This document shows, piece after piece, positions 27,459-40,809 of a stretch of 64,000 nucleotides of DNA. The stretch comes from Candidatus Caccoplasma sp. (GTDB lineage Bacteria; Bacteroidota; Bacteroidia; Bacteroidales; G3-4614): positions 6,295 through 70,294 of the forward strand of contig JAZNCN010000026.1 of NCBI GenBank assembly GCA_045587545.1. The letters run 5' to 3'. Numbering within the stretch: the stretch's first letter is position 1; every line of letters starts with the position of its first letter. The notes under the pieces were generated by a model. The model was not told where the DNA came from. It did not search any database and saw nothing but the letters and a program-made list of their open reading frames with translations. The translations under genes and the position numbers were made by a program.

Positions 27459-28655
27459 ATGGCAAGAGTATTAGTTATTGGAGCAGGCGGTGTCAGCACC
27501 GTTGCTGTAAAAAAAATGGCAATGAATGCCGATGTGTTTACCGATATTATGTTGGCGAGCCGCACCAAAAGCAAATGCGATAAGATAGCTGCCGATATTA
27601 AAAACATTAAAATTCAGACAGCTCAGGTTGATGCTGATAATGTTGCAGAATTGGTGGCTCTTTTTAAAGAGTTCAAACCTGAATTGGTTGTCAACTTGGC
27701 ACTTCCATATCAAGACCTTACTATTATGGACGCTTGTTTGGAGTATGGCGTAAGCTACTTGGATACTGCCAATTACGAACCTCTTGACGAGGCCAAATAT
27801 CAATATAGCTGGCAATGGGCTTATAAACAACGCTTTGAAGATGCAGGTTTAACTGCTATTTTGGGTTGTGGTTTTGACCCGGGTGTAACAGGCGTTTATA
27901 CTGCATACGCTGCCAAACACCACTTCAGCGAAATTCAATATCTTGATATTGTTGATTGTAACGCCGGCGACCACCACAAGGCTTTTGCCACTAACTTTAA
28001 CCCCGAGATAAACATTCGTGAGATTACTCAACGTGGTAAATTTTACGAAAACGGCGAGTGGAAAGAGACTGACCCGCTATCGGTTCACAAACCATTGAAC
28101 TATCCTGAAGTTGGTCCACGTGAATCGTATTTAATGTATCACGAGGAGTTGGAGAGTTTGGTTAAGAACTTCCCTACAATTAAACGTGCTCGTTTTTGGA
28201 TGACATTTGGACAAGAGTATCTTACTCACTTGCGCGTTATACAAAATATTGGTATGGACAGCATTAAACCTATTATGTATAATGGTGTTGAGATTGTTCC
28301 TATTCAATTTTTGAAAGCGGTATTACCTAACCCCGGAGACCTTGGTGAGAACTATACAGGCCAAACATCTATCGGTTGCCGTATTAAGGGTATTGACAAA
28401 GAGGGCAAAGAGATTACCTATTATGTTTATAATAACTGCAGCCACGAAGCTGCTTACCGCGAAACAGGCGCTCAAGGTGTAAGCTACACTACTGGTGTTC
28501 CTGCTATGATTGGTGCTAAGATGTTCTTGAAAGGCGAATGGCGCAAACCGGGTGTTTGGAATGTTGAAGACTTCAACCCGGACCCATTTATGAAAGAACT
28601 TAACGAGCAAGGTTTACCTTGGCATGAACTATTTAACGTTGATTTGGAGCTATAA
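27459..28655 (+). CDS. Saccharopine dehydrogenase-family enzyme, carboxynorspermidine/carboxyspermidine dehydrogenase type
   Basis: 398 aa with the N-terminal Rossmann motif VLVIGAGGVS. Length and colinear motifs (LDTANY, GFDPGV, the FNPE region) match polyamine-pathway CANSDH enzymes common in Bacteroides. Confidence 0.8.
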   Translation: MARVLVIGAGGVSTVAVKKMAMNADVFTDIMLASRTKSKCDKIAADIKNIKIQTAQVDADNVAELVALFKEFKPELVVNLALPYQDLTIMDACLEYGVSYLDTANYEPLDEAKYQYSWQWAYKQRFEDAGLTAILGCGFDPGVTGVYTAYAAKHHFSEIQYLDIVDCNAGDHHKAFATNFNPEINIREITQRGKFYENGEWKETDPLSVHKPLNYPEVGPRESYLMYHEELESLVKNFPTIKRARFWMTFGQEYLTHLRVIQNIGMDSIKPIMYNGVEIVPIQFLKAVLPNPGDLGENYTGQTSIGCRIKGIDKEGKEITYYVYNNCSHEAAYRETGAQGVSYTTGVPAMIGAKMFLKGEWRKPGVWNVEDFNPDPFMKELNEQGLPWHELFNVDLEL

Positions 28656-28657
28656 TA

Positions 28658-29116
28658 ATGAATGTTGGAGATAAGGTTGCAGACCTTTTAGGTTTAGACC
28701 AAGAGGGTAAAGAGGTAAGGCTAAGCCAATACGCAGGCAAAAAGATTGCCCTATACTTTTACCCTAAGGATAACACCTCCGGTTGTACCGCTGAGGCTTG
28801 CAGTTTGCGAGATGGTTACGAACAACTTCAAGCTGCAGGGTATGAAATTATTGGTGTAAGCAAAGATAGCGCAAAGTCGCATCAGGGTTTTATTGCAAAA
28901 CACTCTTTGCCTTTTAGACTGATTGCTGATACTGATACCAGCCTGCAACAATTGTTTGGAGTATGGGCAGAGAAGAAACTATACGGGCGTACCTATATGG
29001 GAACTCTGCGACAAACTTTTATTATTGATGCCGATAACGCAACTATTGAAAGAGTTATTGAAAAGGTTAAAACTTCTGACTCGGCAAATCAGATACTTAC
29101 TTCAATTAGGAATTAG
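28658..29116 (+). CDS. bcp: Thiol peroxidase Bcp (peroxiredoxin)
   Basis: 152 aa. YFYPKDNTSGCTAEAC contains the peroxidatic and resolving Cys pair of Bcp/PrxQ. Confidence 0.9.
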   Translation: MNVGDKVADLLGLDQEGKEVRLSQYAGKKIALYFYPKDNTSGCTAEACSLRDGYEQLQAAGYEIIGVSKDSAKSHQGFIAKHSLPFRLIADTDTSLQQLFGVWAEKKLYGRTYMGTLRQTFIIDADNATIERVIEKVKTSDSANQILTSIRN

Positions 29117-29172
29117 GATTGAAAAAATTAGAAATTCCTAATATATTAAAATCTTTAATTTTAAATAATATT

Positions 29173-29195
29173 AGCCCCAAATTTGGGGCTTTTTT
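29173..29195 (+). terminator. Rho-independent terminator after bcp
   Basis: The AGCCCCAAA/TTTGGGGCT palindrome (29173-29190) is followed by T5. Confidence 0.8.
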
Positions 29196-29370
29196 ATTAT
29201 CTCCTATATGTAATTTATCTGCTCTTTATTAGAAGTTGTTTAAATTTTATTTCGAGATTATTGTAAGAATTACTTTGGAATGTTTTTTTAATAAAATTTT
29301 AAACAACCTCTTAAACCAAAAGCTCTTATTCTGTTCAAAAAAGTATATACGTAACAGCTTTAAATTTAAG

Positions 29371-29402
29371 TTTGCAATTTAAGGTAATTTATATTAACTT
29401 TG
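29371..29402 (+). promoter_or_regulatory. Bacteroidetes-type promoter (-33 TTTG, -7 TAACTTTG) for the GH2 gene
   Basis: TTTG at 29371-29374 and TAACTTTG at 29395-29402 with a 20-nt spacer, 76 nt before the ATG at 29478. Confidence 0.55.
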
Positions 29403-29450
29403 TATTGTGGTGTATTGTGCATTGCAACACGCTAATTATTAATGAAATAA

Positions 29451-32684
<3,234 letters not shown>

Positions 32685-32695
32685 TAGATATAGTT

Positions 32696-34939
32696 ATGAA
32701 ATTACTAAAGTTAATTCTGCCTGCCCTATTTATATTGGCAGCCTGTTCAGATAAAAAAGTTGATTATACGTCGTATGTTAATCCGTTTGTTGGTACTGGA
32801 GGACACGGACATGTTTATCCCGGAGCTGTCGCCCCATATCCTATGATACAGGCAAGCCCAGATACTCGTATGTATCAATGGGACGCTTGCGCCGGTTATC
32901 ACTACACAGATACTACCATAAACGGTTTTTCTCACAACCATCTAAGCGGTACAGGTTGCGGAGATTATGGAGATATTCTTTTAATGCCTATGATTGGTAC
33001 TCCTGAGAAGTTGGATAAAGAGGGCGAAAAATCACAAGAGATGCCCTATTGTTCAAAATTCTCACATGATAACGAAAAGGCTGAACCCGGATACTACTCG
33101 GTAGTATTGGAGAAACACAATATTTTAACCGAACTTACTGCTACTCAACGTGCTGCTATTTATCGTTTTACATTCCCCGAAACAGATAGCGCAACTATCC
33201 TTTTGGATATGGACTACAGTCTATCAGTATTTGGTGATCAACGTAACGATATTCTCGACCTTCAAGTGTTTGGGAACAACGCTATTTGCGGTAGCAAACA
33301 GACTAAAGGTTGGGCATGGGAACAGGCTATAAACTTCTATGCCGAGACATCGCAACCATTTACATATACAATAATTAAAGATACTGTTACTAGAGAGGGT
33401 GTTGAGAAACCTCGCCTTAAAGCTTTGCTTAACTTCAAAACTAAAAAAAATACTCCTCTGTTCTTAAAGATTGCTCTATCGTTTGTTGATACAGAAGGTG
33501 CTAAAAAGAACTTATTGGCAGAGATTCCGAACTTTGACTTTGATGCAACTCGTAAAGCAACTCGAAATGAGTGGAACAAAGTGTTAAGCAGAGTTGATGT
33601 AGAAACAGCTAACCAAACAGATAAAGAGATTTTCTACACTGCAATGTACCGCACATCGTTATGCCCCAACTTGGCTTCAGATGTTGATGGTCGCTACTTG
33701 GGAATGGACCACATTACTCGCTCTTCAGAGCGACCGATGTACACAATATTCTCACTCTGGGATACTTTCAGGGCTTATCACCCAATGATGACAATTATTG
33801 ACCCTGACCGCAATGCAGATTTTGTAAACACTTTGGTTGAAAAATATAAAGAGGGCGGTTTGCTTCCCATGTGGGAGTTAGCATCAAACTATACAGGAAC
33901 TATGATTGGTTATAATGCTGTTTCGGTAATAACTGATGCCTACATGAAGGGTGTTCGTAACTTTGATATTGAAGCGGCTTTTGACGGTTGTCTTAAATCG
34001 TCAAATGGCGATACTGCAAATATAATTGTTCCGAGAGCATTTATCCCTTATATTCAACCTGCCTCAAAAATATACAAAGATGCTTTAGGATATGTTCCTT
34101 GCGATAAAGAGGGCGAATCAGTTGCCAAAGCTCTTGAATATGCTTATGACGATTGGTGTATCTCGGTTTTTGCTGATGCTCTTGGTAAAAAAGAGTATGC
34201 TACTGAGTTTGCAGAAAAAGGTAAATTTTATAAGAACTATTTTGATGCATCAACAAAAATGATGCGCGGTAAAGACTCAAAGGGTAATTGGCGCACTCCA
34301 TTTAACCCATACGCTTCAAAACACCGCGACGATGACTACTGCGAAGGTATTGCTTGGCAATGGACTTGGTTTGTGCCCCACGATGTTGAGGGATTGGTTG
34401 ATTTGATGGGCGGAAAAGAGCAATTTGTTACTCAATTAGACTCTCTATTCTTTAATCCCAACGGAATACAAGGAGAGGACGTTTCGGCTGATATTACAGG
34501 TTTGATTGGATTGTATGCTCACGGAAATGAGCCAAGTCATCATATAGCACACCTATACAACTATGTTGGCGAACCTCACAAAACTCAAGCTATGCTGGAT
34601 AGTATAATTTATTCTCAATATCGCTTAGATCCCGATGGTATTGCAGGAAATGAGGATTGTGGACAGATGTCGGCTTGGTATATATTAAATAGTATGGGTA
34701 TTTATCAGGTTGCTCCCGGAAACCCCATATTTTCAATTGGTCGTCCAATCTTTGATGAGGCTACAATAAAATTGCCTGAGGGCAAAACATTTGTTATTAA
34801 AACAATTAATAACTCTCGCGCCAATAAATATATTAAGAGCGCCAAACTTAATGGTGACGAGCTAACTACTCCATTTATAAACTATTCTGAGATTATGGCA
34901 GGTGGTACGCTTGAGATTGAAATGACAAATTCAATTTAA
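32696..34939 (+). CDS. GH92 alpha-mannosidase, lipoprotein
   Basis: 747 aa with the lipobox ILAACSD. VNPFVGTGGHGH, FSHNHLSGTGC and HGNEPSHHIAHLY are GH92 hallmarks. Confidence 0.92.
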   Translation: MKLLKLILPALFILAACSDKKVDYTSYVNPFVGTGGHGHVYPGAVAPYPMIQASPDTRMYQWDACAGYHYTDTTINGFSHNHLSGTGCGDYGDILLMPMIGTPEKLDKEGEKSQEMPYCSKFSHDNEKAEPGYYSVVLEKHNILTELTATQRAAIYRFTFPETDSATILLDMDYSLSVFGDQRNDILDLQVFGNNAICGSKQTKGWAWEQAINFYAETSQPFTYTIIKDTVTREGVEKPRLKALLNFKTKKNTPLFLKIALSFVDTEGAKKNLLAEIPNFDFDATRKATRNEWNKVLSRVDVETANQTDKEIFYTAMYRTSLCPNLASDVDGRYLGMDHITRSSERPMYTIFSLWDTFRAYHPMMTIIDPDRNADFVNTLVEKYKEGGLLPMWELASNYTGTMIGYNAVSVITDAYMKGVRNFDIEAAFDGCLKSSNGDTANIIVPRAFIPYIQPASKIYKDALGYVPCDKEGESVAKALEYAYDDWCISVFADALGKKEYATEFAEKGKFYKNYFDASTKMMRGKDSKGNWRTPFNPYASKHRDDDYCEGIAWQWTWFVPHDVEGLVDLMGGKEQFVTQLDSLFFNPNGIQGEDVSADITGLIGLYAHGNEPSHHIAHLYNYVGEPHKTQAMLDSIIYSQYRLDPDGIAGNEDCGQMSAWYILNSMGIYQVAPGNPIFSIGRPIFDEATIKLPEGKTFVIKTINNSRANKYIKSAKLNGDELTTPFINYSEIMAGGTLEIEMTNSI

Positions 34940-34955
34940 GATATAAAGTTTCAAT

Positions 34956-35000
34956 AAAAAATAAGTCCCGAGTTCTATTTAACTCGGGACTTATTTTTTT
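34956..35000. terminator. Bidirectional rho-independent terminator between GH92 and galE
   Basis: Perfect 19-bp stem (34956-34974 / 34981-34999) with a 6-nt loop. The A-run and T-run arms give a U tract on both strands, and the flanking genes converge. Confidence 0.85.
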
Positions 35001-35020
35001 GTTGGCTGTAATTGTTAATA

Positions 35021-36058
35021 TTACATTATTCCATCGCGACGAAGTTTCTCTTGCCACTTCCATGCCGAAGCAAGTGTATCTTCTAAGTTCTCTTTTGCTA
35101 CCCAACCAAGTACATTGTTTGCACGATCGGGATTAGCCCAAACTTTTTCAATATCTCCTTCGCGACGACCTACTATCTTATAGTTAAGTTTAACTCCTGT
35201 TGCAGCTTCAAATGCATTGATAAGTTCAAGAACTGATACTCCACGTCCGGTACCAAGGTTGAATATCTCAACTTTTTCTTCCGATTTGTTTGTCAACATT
35301 CTGTCAACTGCTATAACGTGAGCTTTTGCAAGGTCAACTACGTTTATATAGTCGCGAATACAAGATCCGTCGGGTGTGTCATAGTCATCTCCAAATACGC
35401 TTAACTCCTTGCGTATGCCCATTGCTGTTTGTGTTACAAATGGTACAAGGTTTTGAGGTACTCCATTGGGTAACTCTCCAATCTCTGCTGTTGGGTGTGC
35501 TCCTATAGGATTAAAGTAACGTAAGATAATTGCTTTATATGGAACTCCTGAATATATTGCATCACGAATTATCTCTTCGTTAATCTGTTTTGTATTTCCG
35601 TAAGGTGATAGCGCAGGCTTAATTGGTGCAGTTTCATCAACTGGTAAAATATCAGGTTGCCCGTAAACTGTACATGATGAAGAGAATACTATACCTTCTA
35701 CTCCATTTTCGGGCATAAGCTCCATAAGAGTCATTAGAGAATCTAAGTTATTGCGATAGTACATCAATGGTTTTTGTACACTCTCTCCTACTGCCTTACT
35801 TGCCGCAAAGTGAATTATTCCTTTTATTCCACTCTCTTTGGCAAATACATCTTTCATTGCCTCTTTGTCATTGCAATCAACCTGATAGAATGCGGGACGT
35901 GTGCCTGTTATGCGCTCAATACCGTTTATCATGTCGGCATTTGAGTTTGATAGATTATCTACTATTACAACATCGTAACCTGCATTTTGCAACTCAACTG
36001 TGGTATGAGAGCCTATATATCCGGCTCCTCCTGTTACCAATATTTTACCTTTGCTCAT
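35021..36058 (-). CDS. galE: UDP-glucose 4-epimerase
   Basis: 345 aa with the GGAGYIGSH Rossmann motif, SSSCTVYG, and the YGNTK catalytic YxxxK. Confidence 0.95.
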   Translation of the reverse strand: MSKGKILVTGGAGYIGSHTTVELQNAGYDVVIVDNLSNSNADMINGIERITGTRPAFYQVDCNDKEAMKDVFAKESGIKGIIHFAASKAVGESVQKPLMYYRNNLDSLMTLMELMPENGVEGIVFSSSCTVYGQPDILPVDETAPIKPALSPYGNTKQINEEIIRDAIYSGVPYKAIILRYFNPIGAHPTAEIGELPNGVPQNLVPFVTQTAMGIRKELSVFGDDYDTPDGSCIRDYINVVDLAKAHVIAVDRMLTNKSEEKVEIFNLGTGRGVSVLELINAFEAATGVKLNYKIVGRREGDIEKVWANPDRANNVLGWVAKENLEDTLASAWKWQEKLRRDGIM

Positions 36059-36103
36059 AATATATTATGTTTTATAAAATAATATTTATTATTCCTATTT
36101 ATG

Positions 36104-36111
36104 CAAAATTA
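36104..36111 (-). promoter_or_regulatory. -7-type promoter box (TAATTTTG on minus strand) upstream of galE
   Basis: The reverse complement of CAAAATTA matches TAnnTTTG, 46 nt before the galE ATG. Confidence 0.45.
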
Positions 36112-36130
36112 CATAAAGACAATGATTTAT

Positions 36131-36173
36131 CAAACAAAAATTAAAGGACGTTTGATTTTTTTTCAAAACGCCC
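36131..36173 (-). terminator. Probable terminator after the RND efflux operon
   Basis: On the minus strand GGGCGTTTTGA / TCAAACGTCC forms about 10 bp with one bulge and an A7 loop, followed by TTTAATTTTT. It lies 27 nt after the OMF stop. Confidence 0.45.
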
Positions 36174-36199
36174 TCTTTTATAATGGTTTTATATATGTG

Positions 36200-37594
36200 T
36201 TACTCTTTCATTTCTATTTCTATCTCTCTGCCTCCTCCAAGAGCATGATAAAGAGATGTTATGGCATTGAGTTTTTTTAGTTGGTCTTCTGTTTTTGTTA
36301 GTTGTGCCGACAATAGTGATTGTTGCGCATCCAATACCTCTAAATATGTTGAAGAGCCTAATGTTAACAACTCCTTGGTATATTCAACAGCATTGGACAA
36401 TTTTGTTATTTGCAATTCACGACTACTCTCCTTTTTTAACTCGGCATCATATACTGCCAATGCATTGCTTACCTCACGTCCTGCATCTAATATCGCCTGT
36501 TTGAAGTTCAATTTTGCTTCTTCTTCTTGAGCCTTTGCTATTTTTAGTTTTGCAATGTTAGATCCTCGGTAAAACAGAGGTTGTGTTATAGAACCCAAAG
36601 CCGAAAGTAATAATCCTCCGGGGTTAGTTATTACACTTCCTGCTGAATTTGTCCACCCAGCACTTCCTCCTATCTTTATTTGAGGATAGAATGCACTACG
36701 CGCTATGTTGGTATTGTAATACATGCTTGCAAGTTGATACTCTGCATTTTTTACATCTGGACGATTTGACAATAGTTGAATTGGTATTCCTACTTCAAGT
36801 GGAATGTCTGTCTTTTGCAAATCGATTGAGTTACGCTCAATGGCTCTTGGAAAATCTCCTATAAGTGTAGCAAGTGCATTCTCTTGCTTTGTTATTTCTG
36901 CTTTTACATCGGGTATGGCTGCAACTATTGAGGCATGATATGCCTCATATTGGGCTACTGCTGCTTCGTTTGTCATGCCTCCCTCTTTCATAGCCTTTAT
37001 AGTTTCGACACTCTCCGCCCAACTCTTTTCTGTTATTGTATATATTTGTAATTGACGGTCTAATGCTGTAAGTGTAAAATAATAATCGGCTATTGTTGCT
37101 ATTAGTTGTGTACGAACTGCTTGTTGGTACTCTTTGTTTTGCATCATTGCCACCTTTGCTTTACGCTTTGCATTTAATAGTGAGCCAAATATATCTATTT
37201 CCCAACTTGCGCTTGCCGAGGCATCATATGTCCATGATGCGGAACTTCCGTCATAACTGCTTACCCCTCCTTGCGGATTGAGTGATAGCAATGGCAAAAA
37301 TGATAATTTAGCGGTAGTTAATGCTGCCTTTGCCTCGTTTACCTTCTCTATTGCTATCAACAAATCTGTGTTATTTGCCAAACCATGGTTTATCAAATCC
37401 TGTAACTTGTTATCGGTGTATATATCTGTCCACGCCAAATTTCCCAAACTCTCTGTTGACACCAAAGCATCTACTCCGTTTGGCATACGATAGGCATTTG
37501 GAACCGATATATCTGTTGGACGGTCGTATGATTTATAAATATGGCAACTATTTAATAGTAGTGCACTTATTGCTATATATATTATCTTTTTCAT
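36200..37594 (-). CDS. RND efflux outer-membrane factor (TolC/NodT-family lipoprotein)
   Basis: 464 aa with the lipobox LLNSC and two repeated alpha/beta halves with coiled-coil segments. It is the last gene of the MFP-RND-OMF operon. Confidence 0.9.
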   Translation of the reverse strand: MKKIIYIAISALLLNSCHIYKSYDRPTDISVPNAYRMPNGVDALVSTESLGNLAWTDIYTDNKLQDLINHGLANNTDLLIAIEKVNEAKAALTTAKLSFLPLLSLNPQGGVSSYDGSSASWTYDASASASWEIDIFGSLLNAKRKAKVAMMQNKEYQQAVRTQLIATIADYYFTLTALDRQLQIYTITEKSWAESVETIKAMKEGGMTNEAAVAQYEAYHASIVAAIPDVKAEITKQENALATLIGDFPRAIERNSIDLQKTDIPLEVGIPIQLLSNRPDVKNAEYQLASMYYNTNIARSAFYPQIKIGGSAGWTNSAGSVITNPGGLLLSALGSITQPLFYRGSNIAKLKIAKAQEEEAKLNFKQAILDAGREVSNALAVYDAELKKESSRELQITKLSNAVEYTKELLTLGSSTYLEVLDAQQSLLSAQLTKTEDQLKKLNAITSLYHALGGGREIEIEMKE

Positions 37595-37602
37595 ATCACT
37601 TT

Positions 37603-40600
37603 TTATATCTGTTTTACCTCCTGAGCCTTATTTATTTCAAACTCTATTGGTTTGAACTTCTCTTGTAATTTTTCAAAGACTATAAACAAGGCGGGAACAA
37701 CCAATACCTGACATACCATACCTATAAGCATTCCGCCTATGGCTCCCGAACCGAGGGCACTATTTCCATTAGCTCCTACTCCCGATGCAAACATCATTGG
37801 AAGCAATCCTATAATCATCGCCAAAGATGTCATCAATATAGGACGAAGACGTGCTGATGCAGCATCAATTGCCGCCTCGGTTATAGACATTCCACTCTTG
37901 CGACGTTCAAGTGCAAACTCTGTTATTAGTATTGAATTCTTTGCCAAAAGTCCTATCAACATTATCAATGCTATTTGCAGGTATATGTTGTTGTCTATTC
38001 CCATCATAATGGCAAATATGAATGTTCCTGCTAAACCAAACGGTATTGATAATATAACCACTAAGGGTAGTATATAACTTTCGTATTGCGCACTTAACAA
38101 TAGATATACAAAGAGAATACATATCATCAATATCATTCCCAATCCTCCGCTTGAGCTTTGCTCTTCGCGAGTCATACCAGAGTACTCAAAGCCATATCCT
38201 GTTGGAAGATATTCTGCTGCTGTCTCTTCTATTGCCTTTATAGCCTCTCCCGAGCTATAACCTGGTGCGGGACTTCCGTTTACAAGGATAGAGGTAAACA
38301 GGTTAAATCGTTTGATATTGTCAGGGCCATATACTCGTTTAAGATCCATAAATTGAGTTATTGGAGTCATCTCTCCGCCATTCTTAATTTTTATGCTATT
38401 CAAAGACTCTTTGTCTACTCTCAATTCGGGACGAGCCTGAATCATAACTCTATATAACTTTCCAAAACGATTGAAGTTTGATGCATACAAACCTCCTAAA
38501 TATCCTTGTAAGGCGCTTAATACGTCTGATGGAGCCAATCCTGCTTGCTTACATTTTGCTGCATCTACCTCAACTATGTATTGAGGATATGTGGGATTAA
38601 AACTTGTTTGGGCTGCTGCAATCTCAGGTCGTTCACTAAGTTTTGATAAGAAATCTTGTGATACTGCATAAAAGGACTCTATTGTTCCGCCTGTTTTATC
38701 TTGAAGGTTAAATTCAAATCCATTTGATATACTATATCCTGTTATCATTGGCATTGAAAATGTCATTACTCGTCCGTCTTTAACAAGTTCTCTTGCTTGT
38801 GCCGCAATTGTAGCATTTATGGCATCTGCACTCTGAGTTTTGTCCCGCTCCTCCCAATCATGTAGTTTACAGATGAATGAACCGTACGAACTTCCTTGTG
38901 CTGAACTCAAAATACTAAATCCTGATATTGCAGTATAGGTTCTTATTGCAGGGTTGCTCTCAATTAGTTTTTGTATCTTACTCATGCTCTCCTTGGTTTT
39001 ATCCAAAGATGTTCCGGGAGGCATATCCAATGTTACGAATATTGTTCCTGTATCTTCATTTGGAACTAATCCTGTTGGGGTAACTGCCATTAAATAGAAT
39101 AGCAACACACAACCTGCCACAACAGAGCCAAATGCTATGACTTTACGTTTTACAAAAAATTCTACTCCCTTCTGATATTTTTTCAAAGTTGCATCATAGG
39201 CAGTATTGAATGCTATATGAAAACGTTTTATCAAACTTTTCTTCTCTTCGGTATGCTCTGTATGAGGTTTTAAGAACATAGCACAAAGTGCAGGTGAAAG
39301 TGTTAATGCATTAATTGCCGAAAATGCAATGGATATTGCCATTGTTAATCCGAATTGTTTATAGAATGTTCCGGTTATTCCCGACATAAAACTTACAGGA
39401 ATAAATACTGCCATCATAACTAATGTTATTGATATTAAGGCTCCAGAAATCTCATTCATTGCTTCGAGCGATGCCTCCTTCGCATTTTTGGCTCCTCCTT
39501 CTAATTTTGCATGTACAGCCTCCACCACTACTATGGCATCATCTACAACTATGGCTATGGCAAGAACTAATGCACATAATGTAAGAAGGTTTATACTAAA
39601 TCCTATGATTTTCAATACAAAGAATGTTCCTATTAATGCAACAGGTATGGCTATGGCTGGGATTAGTGTTGAACGGAAATCTTGCAAGAAGATATATACT
39701 ACGATAAACACTAATATGAATGCCTCTATCAACGTTTTGATTACCTCATGGATTGATGCAAACAAGAAATCATTTGTATTGAGTAATATATCATATACCA
39801 TTCCCGGAGGAAAACTTTCTGATTCTCTATCTAATAGTGCAGTTATCTCATTTATAAGTTGTGTTGCATTTGATCCTGCACTCTGATATATCATTGTTGT
39901 TATTCCTTCGTGCCCGTTTGAACGTGTGTCTAAAGCATAACTTAACGAGCCGAGTTCTATATCGGCTATTGTTTTAAGATACAATATCTCTCCATTGCTA
40001 TTGGCTCTTACTACAATATCTCCGAACTCTTCAGGTGTTTGCAATCTGCCCTTATATTTAAGCATATATTGGAACGATATGTTTTGGGCATTTTCTCCGA
40101 GCTGTCCGGGTGCTGCTTCAATATTCTGCTCGTTCAAAACAGCTACAACATCTTGAGGCATTAAACCATATTGTGCCATTATATCGGGTTTTAACCATAT
40201 TCGCATTGAATATTCGGCTCCCAACACAAAGGCATCTCCTACTCCGTTTACACGTTTTATCTGAGGAATGATATTAATTTTAAGATAGTTATATATAAAG
40301 TTTTGGTCATAGTTGTCATCTTCGCTATATACAGTAAATGCCAACAACATACTTGATTGTTTCTTACTTGTTGTTACTCCCGATTTGGTAACTTCTGATG
40401 GCAAATATCCTTGTGCCTTTGAAACTCTATTTTGTACATTGACAGCAGCCATGTCAGGGTCGCAACCCGGTTTGAAATAAACTGTTATAGTGGCATCTCC
40501 TGTATTGGTGGCGGTAGAGGTCATATAGGTCATATCCTCAACTCCGTTTATCTCCTCTTCAAGTGGAGCAATAACACTGTTTACCACTGTTTGTGCATTT

Positions 40601-40758
40601 GCTCCTTGATACGAAGCCTTTACCTCAACTGTCGGAGGGGCAATATCGGGGTATTGCAAAATTGGTAACGAAAAAAGTCCAATAACTCCAAGTATAACTA
40701 TTAGTATGGATATTACGGTTGAGAGTACAGGACGATGTATAAACGTATCTAATTTCAT
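37603..40758 (-). CDS. RND multidrug efflux permease (AcrB/HAE1 family)
   Basis: 1051 aa. N-terminus FIHRPVLSTVISILIVILG, 12-TM architecture, and the conserved AIVVDDAIVVVE motif in TM4. Confidence 0.95.
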   Translation of the reverse strand: MKLDTFIHRPVLSTVISILIVILGVIGLFSLPILQYPDIAPPTVEVKASYQGANAQTVVNSVIAPLEEEINGVEDMTYMTSTATNTGDATITVYFKPGCDPDMAAVNVQNRVSKAQGYLPSEVTKSGVTTSKKQSSMLLAFTVYSEDDNYDQNFIYNYLKINIIPQIKRVNGVGDAFVLGAEYSMRIWLKPDIMAQYGLMPQDVVAVLNEQNIEAAPGQLGENAQNISFQYMLKYKGRLQTPEEFGDIVVRANSNGEILYLKTIADIELGSLSYALDTRSNGHEGITTMIYQSAGSNATQLINEITALLDRESESFPPGMVYDILLNTNDFLFASIHEVIKTLIEAFILVFIVVYIFLQDFRSTLIPAIAIPVALIGTFFVLKIIGFSINLLTLCALVLAIAIVVDDAIVVVEAVHAKLEGGAKNAKEASLEAMNEISGALISITLVMMAVFIPVSFMSGITGTFYKQFGLTMAISIAFSAINALTLSPALCAMFLKPHTEHTEEKKSLIKRFHIAFNTAYDATLKKYQKGVEFFVKRKVIAFGSVVAGCVLLFYLMAVTPTGLVPNEDTGTIFVTLDMPPGTSLDKTKESMSKIQKLIESNPAIRTYTAISGFSILSSAQGSSYGSFICKLHDWEERDKTQSADAINATIAAQARELVKDGRVMTFSMPMITGYSISNGFEFNLQDKTGGTIESFYAVSQDFLSKLSERPEIAAAQTSFNPTYPQYIVEVDAAKCKQAGLAPSDVLSALQGYLGGLYASNFNRFGKLYRVMIQARPELRVDKESLNSIKIKNGGEMTPITQFMDLKRVYGPDNIKRFNLFTSILVNGSPAPGYSSGEAIKAIEETAAEYLPTGYGFEYSGMTREEQSSSGGLGMILMICILFVYLLLSAQYESYILPLVVILSIPFGLAGTFIFAIMMGIDNNIYLQIALIMLIGLLAKNSILITEFALERRKSGMSITEAAIDAASARLRPILMTSLAMIIGLLPMMFASGVGANGNSALGSGAIGGMLIGMVCQVLVVPALFIVFEKLQEKFKPIEFEINKAQEVKQI

Positions 40759-40809
40759 GTGATTATTTTAACTGTGTGAATCTTAACTGTTTTTACGGAA
40801 GTTTCTCTC